Positions 56,166 to 64,000 of a stretch of 64,000 nt of DNA are shown here, one piece after another. Origin of the DNA: Octopus sinensis (Eukaryota); assembly GCF_006345805.1 (NCBI RefSeq), contig NC_043015.1, forward strand, positions 1,612,001-1,676,000. Reading direction: 5' to 3'. Each line of letters starts with the position of its first letter. Positions within the stretch are counted from its first letter, which is position 1. A program made the position numbers and the translations under genes. Below the pieces are notes generated by a model that saw only the letters and a list, made by a program, of their open reading frames with translations, searched no databases and was not told the DNA's origin.

Positions 56166-56360
56166 GCGATAGATAGATAGATATATATGCATGCCAAGTT
56201 ACATATAAAATGTTATTTTTAAATATAGAATCGAATTTGTTCTGGTGAAAATCAGAAATTTGCCTTTCGGACAAATTATCAAACTAACTCTTAAGCAAAT
56301 ACAACTGATATGGAATAGAAAATATGAAGATATACAGAGAACAACCACGGAATATATCGG

Positions 56361-56411
<51 letters not shown>

Positions 56412-56959
56412 AGGAGAGAGAGAGAGAGGGGGAGAGAGGGGGAAAGAGAGAGGGAAAGAGAGAAGGAGAGAGAGGAGAGAGTGAGCAAGACGGGCAGACA
56501 AAAGAAAAATAGTGACAGGGAAAGAAAGAGAGAAAGTGATAGTAAGACACGTAGCAACATACTCTAGGATGTTATCAGACGTTTAGGTATATATGTTAAC
56601 ACGCATACACACACACTCACACACAAATATACACACACAGTCACACACACATATGTATTTTATGTGTGTGTGTGTTTGTATTTGTGCGTGTGCATATTAG
56701 TATATGTGTAAGCAAACGATATACCAAATATAAGTTATATAAGTTAAGGAAACCACAAGCAGAAGAAGAAGAAGCGTTCGAGATTATGAGTGTGAGAGAA
56801 AGGAAGAGAGGGAGAGAGAGGGAGAGAAAGGGAGAGAGAGGGAGAGAGAGGGAGAGAGAGGGAGAGAGAGAAAGAGAGAGAAGAATAAAAAAAACAGACA
56901 CATTAAGTAACAGAATGAAATGTTTCTGCTGGAAACGGATGTTCGTTAAGATCTAATTC

Positions 56960-57170
56960 TCTCCAGCTGACTGGAACTCACGTCATGTTCTCGCGTGTTT
57001 TCATTCTTGTTTTTGACTTTGTTTTTGTTTTGATTTTTTTCTTTTTTTTTTTTGTTGCTATTGATGTGAAATCTCGCACACGCAAACGCCGAAGACGGCC
57101 ATATTACCCTTCGTTTATTTTCTTCTTAATACTGATGATAATACGATGCGATTCCAGAGCCTCTGCTTCT
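56960..57170 (-). promoter_or_regulatory. CpG-containing island; candidate first exon ending AAC-ATG-AC|GTGAGT (donor 56976-56981)
   Basis: Plus strand ACTCAC-GTCAT-GTT at 56976-56989. Confidence 0.4.
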
Positions 57171-59047
57171 TATTTATACGTATGTGTTTCTCTATGGGTG
57201 TATTTTGGTGTGTGAATGTTTGTGAGCATGGGAGTGAATGCGAGAGTGTGTGTGTGTGTGTTTGTGTGTATGAGTGTTGTGCGATTTTCCACTTACTTTT
57301 CCAGTGTGCCGGTCTGTCTGCTATATCGTTTGTCTTTCAAGATTATGTAATTAGGTGTTCTTAAATACATACATACATAAATACAAGCATACACCCCCCA
57401 TATATATACATACACACCTATATATATGTACATACATATATAGATAATATAGATATAATGTATATGTATGTTATATATATATATATATATATATAATGCA
57501 TATGTAACATATATATGTATGCATAAATATACATATGTATATATATTATATATGCTAAAATGTACTTATGTATCTATGTATACATATATATTCATACATA
57601 CAGACACATATTCATATTTGTAATATATGTTCATATATGTTTATAAATACATATATACATATGCATGCATGTACGCATATCATCTGCGTATGTATATATG
57701 CATGTATCTATGGATGGGTGAATGGATGGATGGATGTATTGATGGATGTATGCATACATGTATGTCTACATGTGTATGTATATATGTTTGCATGGTTGCA
57801 AATATATGCATACGTATGTAGCTTGTATTTATCTGTAAGTATTTGGAAATATTTCTAACGATAACTTATGCGAAAAAAGAACCCCAAAAAACATAGTGCT
57901 CAATGCAGTTTACACTCTAATTTACTTGACTAAAATTGCGTACAGAAAATATATTTTCATTAATGAAGAGAAAATTTGCTTTTGCAGGAGATCTCTCAGT
58001 CAGATTACTCCAAACACAATTGTATCATCTACGATAGTAATAAATGGATAGTAATAAATGCAAAAACAATTAGCATTATTCAAGTATGTTTATACTCGAT
58101 ATCATATCTTCAGTGTCATGAGAACAAAACACACATCAGTAAGGAAAATGTCTATTCTTAATGACATTTAAACTTTTTTATCGTAAAATCGATCAGACTT
58201 CAATTATAAGGTCACAATCCAAGGTGCGAAATGAATTATTTTAGCCAGGTCATTGTAAGCGATTCATTAATAAATGCCTATGGAATTATCTGGAAAATTC
58301 ACAAATTCCGATTACACAAAATTAGGAAAAGAAGTAAATATGTTTTACAGTATTCATGCGGTAGAGAACCGCAATTTCGTGATTAATTTATGTAAAGGAA
58401 CCTTTATTCTATAACGTACTAATTGATTTTATAATTGTTAGTTTTATGAGTCTTTTAACTTCCAGTTTTATTACTACAGGGAAGTTGTAAAGTCCCTCAA
58501 TGTATACAAGTTGCATGAATTTTTTCAAGTGATTATCATTTTCTTAAGCCTTATGTAGCTTTCCGCATTTCCGTTATGTTATCTGAAAATCAAACCTTCA
58601 TTTGTGAAGTAATGATTGCGAAAGTTATATGGAATTGCGAGAAGATATTGGTGTTTTACCGATTACATAAGGAAGAGATTTGCGTTCTTGTACTGGAATG
58701 GCTTCTCTTTATATTGCGAATGCTGCTAAGATTTTGCGTTACTATATATCATAGATAATGCTTTTAAAGACTATTTCATTATCTATAGTTGGTGGAGTAA
58801 CTTCAATTTATAAAATTCGGAAGAAAAAAAACTTGCAAATAGCTTTGAAATCATACCAAATTATATTTCGTTTATTTATTTATTTTTGAACAGTATGATG
58901 AAGGCAAGTATATGAAATTTAGAGTTGTTCTGTATGTAATATATTCTATGTCTGAGACTACTTTTTATTATATATTTTTAGGAGTGCGAAGAAACATATC
59001 TAAATAAGTATATGAGTGCATACGCAGCTTATTGTCTAATATTCTAA

Positions 59048-59461
59048 TTTCTTTATTGCCCACAAGGGGCTAAACATAGAAGGGTCAAACAATGAGAGAC
59101 AAATGGATTAAGTCGATTAGATCGACCCCAGTGCGTAACTGTTCTTAATTTATCGACCCCGAAAGGCTGAAAAGCAAAGTCGACCTCGGTGGAATTTGAA
59201 CTCAGAATGTAACGGCAGATGAAGTACCTATTTCTTTACTACCCACAAGGAGCTAAACATAGAGAGGACAAACAAGGACAGACAAAGGGATTAAGTCGAT
59301 TATATCGACCCCAGTGCGTAACTGGTACTTAATTTATCAACCCCGAAAGGATGAAAGGCAAAGTCGACCTCGGCGGAATTTGAATTCAGAACGTAAAGAC
59401 AGACGAATACCGCTAAGCATTTTGCCCGGTGTGCTAACGATTCTGCCAGCTCGCTGCCTTG
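59048..59461 (-). mobile_element. SINE family E (Nin/Deu-like) with tandemly duplicated ~180-bp core + tail
   Basis: TTTCTTTA..CCCACAAGG.GCTAAACATAGA..TCGACCCCAGTGCGTAACTG..AAAGTCGACCTCGG.GGAATTTGAA occurs at about 59048-59230 and again at about 59231-59400, followed by one head ..CGATTCTGCCAGCTCGCTGCCTT. Confidence 0.88.
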
Positions 59462-60179
59462 TTTAATATTCTTATTAATGATTATTAATGCCATTAAGTA
59501 AATTTCATTAAGCATGAGTGGGAAATAACTTTTCACACTAAAACTTGCCATTAAGTTTACTATGACCGCAGTGTATTGCAGTAAACTATGCTTGAGTTTA
59601 TATGTATTATGATGTTTAAGTAGAAAAATCTTTATATGTTGAGGAATTCTTTCCAAACAGCATTTTGCTGTTTGGAATGATTTGCATTTCGCAAACTGAT
59701 TTTGTAAATTCCAATGTCTCTCAAAAGGAAATCGAAAATATTATTTAGCTAAAGTCATTGGAGGATTCCCTTGCATATGTCCAGAAATTTCCTCATAACT
59801 GCGAGCCATGTGGCACACTGATGAACACATCTGTTCTGTTAGCTATGAAACGTGGCTCTCCATGACTACTATAGGCTTCGACTGGATTGTCGCCCTTACA
59901 TTACAGTAATCGAGCTGCGTGATGATCTACACATTTCTGACTTGTTTTCAATATTAATCGTTCACTGTGGAAACAGATATATATTATCAACTAAGTACCC
60001 CCTGTTCTATCCTACGTTTGAAGTGCGGCTTTGAGACTCCGTGTATGTCGTGAATGAACAGTGAAACTATGTATGTTCGTGCACATGTATGTACGTTTGT
60101 ATATTTGTATGTATGTACGTTTGTATTTATTTATATTTGTATATCTCTAAGTATGTATGCATGCATGCTTATATATATA

Positions 60180-60212
<33 letters not shown>

Positions 60213-60356
60213 CAGTACAGTTCTGTTTCTAGTTCGCAGATTTTCATTATCGCTGTTCGTTTTGGAACGTAACACCCGCGATGGTCGAGGGATTACTATA
60301 TATATGTATGTGTGTGTGTGTGTGTGTATATATATACACACACATATATATCTATA

Positions 60357-60391
<35 letters not shown>

Positions 60392-60789
60392 GTATGTATG
60401 TATGTATGTATGAATGTATGCGTGCATGTACGTGTGTGCGTGCGCATAAGTATGCGCGTGTGTTTGCATGCAGACCATGAACTCACCGATACTGGATTGT
60501 CAGTGGGCACCCTTTTCGGTCTTCTGGACACAGCAGCTACATCCCCCTTGATACTACACTGTGCTAATTTGAAACAAAAAAATCTTTATAAGAGAACTAA
60601 GAAAGAGTGCGCAAACCTCCACCAAAGCAACACCAACGTCTTCTCAACGATTAGTTAGAGATGATTTTTAAAATGAGAATATCTGAAATAAACTCGACCG
60701 ATCACACAATCCAGAATACTAAAAATTAACCCGACCGCTCTCAAAGACTAAGTAAAAAAAAACAAACAAAAAATAATCCAGAATCCTTC

Positions 60790-61795
60790 TCCGGTTTTCG
60801 AAGGTTATAATAATCCTCCGGTGCTGTCCTGACATCATCTACAGAATTCATATTTTTCCCGTCCAAATGATTTTGAAGATTGCAGAAAAAATGATAATCA
60901 GATGGGGTAATATCGGGCGAATAAGGTGACTAGGGCATCGTTTCCCATTCTAGCGTTAATTTAAGCCGCTCAATCAGCTCGCAGCAGATCTCCTTTGTTA
61001 TCGTTTGCTTTGGGCTGAAAAGTTCGAAGTGGATTAAACCTTTCACAATCTACCAAACAGATAGCAACACCTTTAGTTTGTGGGGGCCGGTGTTGCTCCT
61101 TTTCTTACCCATTGTCTTCGGCGCTTAACGTTTTTATAAAGAAGCCATTTCTCGTCACCAGTCACTATTCGGTCCAAAATAGGTTCATTTGTGAGTCATG
61201 ACAGCAAAGAAGAGCAAACATTCACCCTCTGCGCGCGATTAAACTTGGAACGTTTGTGAGGACCCCATACACCCAATTTGCTAACTTTTCCGACGGCACG
61301 CAGGTGTCCATGAATTGTTGAAGGACGAGAGTCAAGCTTCTCTGCTAGTTCCTCAACAGTTACGTGGGGATTTTTTTCCACCAGGTCTTGCAGGAAGTCC
61401 TCGTCGAGCTCTACAGATTTTCCAGGACGAGGCTGGTCTCCTAGGCTATAGCTTCCGGCTCGGAGTTTCTGGAACCACCGTTAACACAGGCTTATGCTTA
61501 TTGTCCGATCCTCATATACTTCAATAATATTCCATGCACTTTCCGTTGGGTCGTTGCCTTTATTGAACTCATAAAGCAATATATCCCGAATAAGCTCCTT
61601 TGTCACTTCCATTATAGCTTTGAAAAAATAACTGTTAAAATCGAACTGCACTCTTCAAAATTTGCACTAAGAATATGGACAAGGTGAAATCACTACTTGC
61701 TCTTATAGCAAGTTGATGCAAGTGGTTTATACAATCCCCGTCTGTCTTTTAGTTCATGCAATTTCTAAAACCGCATTATTTATGGGATGACCCAA
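60790..61795 (-). mobile_element. Decayed mariner element (one TIR visible), transposase pseudogene
   Basis: TIR TTGGGTCATCCCATAAATAATGCGG; MEVTKELIRDILLYEFNKG, VTVEELAEKL, KLGVWGPHK (WVPH-like), IVTGDEKW, YSPDI.PSDYHFF. Confidence 0.9.
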
Positions 61796-62293
61796 TATAT
61801 GTGTGTATGTATAAACATATGTGTAGATAGATAGATTGATAGATAGATAGATAGTTTCATACATACATACGTGTGCGTGTGTGTGTGTGTGCGTGTGTGT
61901 GTGTGTGCGTGTGTCTGAGTGTGTGTAATGCATATGTACATGTATGTATATGTATATGTATGGCTGTATGCACCATCAAAACGGGAAAATATTTCTGTGC
62001 AATATTTATTATAAATTACGATTATACATTTCTGCAACGACGAAAATTATTACACGCCCACACATACGCACACGCATACACCCACGTAGAGACACACATA
62101 CACACACATCCATTCCTATATACTCACACACACACTTCTATATGTCACTGTGTACGAGTGATTATCTCCATGTATACGAATATTTCTCAACGTTAGCAAC
62201 TATATGTGTGATTGTGCGGCGAGTGTGTATGTGTGTGCGAGTGTGTCTGCGAGTGTGTGAGTGTGTGTGTGTGTGTTTGTGTGTTTGTGTGGT

Positions 62294-62324
<31 letters not shown>

Positions 62325-63271
62325 TTCTGTACGAACGTCTGCGTCTTTTGTATGCTTATGTGTTCGAACATAACATACACATACATGTTTGCGTATGTGT
62401 TTGTTTATCTTCACATCTATGTTATTGCTATAGGATATTTTAAAATGGTTTTCCTTATTCTATGAGAATAATCTGAACAATTGTTTCTTTCCGCCATGTT
62501 GTTCTGAAGTTCTTGTTTTGCGTATTTTTTCGCCTCGCCTCTGTTATCTTTACGCCGACCGGTCAGTCAGTTGGTCGGTCTGTCGTTCGGCGATCCGTCA
62601 GCGGTCGGGGTTTTATCGTGAGACGAACGACGTGAGCTAAATGAGATTGTGAATGAGCAGAGTGTTGCAAAAGAGATTTACGCCCGCCAATCTTTATAGC
62701 ATTAACGGTTCGAAATAACAACAACAGCTAAACAATTGCTATAGTGTGTTCATGCTTTGAGCACTAACACCAGCTTCGATGTGATAGGTAATTATTTGTC
62801 CTTATTGCAGAACTGACCGTAAACAACGTTGATTGATGAAGCAACGCTGGTTTGAAAATCAATAATATTGCCACCAAAAGATAGTCATTCAGCCGCTTTG
62901 TGTTTCATTCAAGATGGGTGGAGAAAGAAAAACATTTGTGTTTTAAAATCAGAGAGAAATACAAATAATCCTGCGGTATATTAATTTTCAGAGGCGGTGG
63001 GGGAAATATAAAAGCAGACGTTTTTCTTAAATCATGCCATGCAATAAAGAATCGTTTGGCTTTCTTATAGGAATGCTTTATTATCATATTTGGCGGAGTG
63101 GAAGATGGTTTGGGAGAGTTTCTGATAGTGGTGGAGGAGACGATATTTCCATTATCATATGTAAACGGAAAATACGGGAGTATCAATAATGGCCGAGAGC
63201 CTGATTAAATGCTTGTATGTTTCTCTGACTATTGAGATCGAATCTCGTTGTAGTCGCGTTCTACTTTACAT

Positions 63272-63412
63272 TGAAGTTTGCTTCCCAGCCCCAGGATTCT
63301 GAGTTCAGTCCCACTACGTGGCACCTTGGGCAGGTGTCTTCTGCTGTAGTAGAAGATAATAGTCTCGGTTCGGCCGAAACATTCTGAGAGGATTTGGTAG
63401 GCGGTAACTGAT
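63272..63412 (+). mobile_element. SINE family A head
   Basis: TTTGCTTCCCA..GTTCAGTCCCACTACGTGGCACCTTGGGCAGGTGTCTTCTGCT..GGATTTGGTAG. Confidence 0.75.
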
Positions 63413-64000
63413 ACCCAAGTCGGGTGACCCGTTCTGATCTGAGGTCAAAAACCACTTCATTTTACATTCCTCCTACCATCTCATCGGCGAATGAGTACCA
63501 GCAACTGCTATGAGTTGCTGTTCAATGGAGTTTCTTCCCATTCAGGGGAAGTTATTATTCCTTCTGGTGTGTGTGACATTAGCTTCCAGTTAGAAATCAT
63601 TAATGCTGTAATCCCAAGTTAATATTTTGTTGTGCAGACCTATGATCAAAGACATTTTATGCTTTCAAGCCGTGATTATCCCGTTTTTTTTCTGTAAGTA
63701 ATGCAGAATTCCCTTATCAATTCTCGAATATTTTTATAACCATGGAGTACGTTTAGTTGTGATTTGATGGTTATTTTTAGCAGGATAGTTGACTACATAT
63801 AGGATTTGTTATCATCCTGCATGAGTTGTATGTGTTATTATTATTATTTTTTTTTAGTTACAGACCAGTTCTGATAAAAAAAAGTCATGTGAGCAGTGAA
63901 TAATGACGCTCCAGCTGTGACCAGCCCACATTGCCTTCAGATATTGTGTACTGTAGATATACTAGCTAAAAGGTATTCACTTTAAGGCAGCAAGCTGGCA

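Noticed and set aside
59818-59856. CTGATGA...GAAACGTG hammerhead-like spacing
   Set aside because: No helix II closing at the core, no UH triplet and no helix I

Overview
AT-rich, microsatellite-saturated animal genomic DNA with one 100-N assembly gap. The SINE, LINE and mariner families resemble those of coleoid cephalopods, most likely Octopus; this is inferred from repeat recognition, not from a search. No intact protein-coding ORF is supported, and almost all ORFs in the supplied track are translated simple repeats. The window contains four types of tRNA-derived SINE (two copies with clear target-site duplications), four decayed fragments of R4/Dong-type RLE non-LTR retrotransposons, decayed Tc1/mariner elements, a fold-back MITE and a ~101-bp tandem array. 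Two signals are not explained by that annotation. First, there are about ten type I hammerhead-ribozyme-like motifs in short elements set in (TA)n/(AAT)n tracts: one has a fully canonical core (16848-16955, minus strand), and six minimal copies show covarying helix I pairs, consistent with Penelope-type pseudo-LTR remnants. Second, several CpG-rich unique islands carry minus-strand splice donors, and three end in the same ATG-NN|GTRAGT arrangement, suggesting alternative promoters/first exons of a large minus-strand gene whose body lies left of the window.
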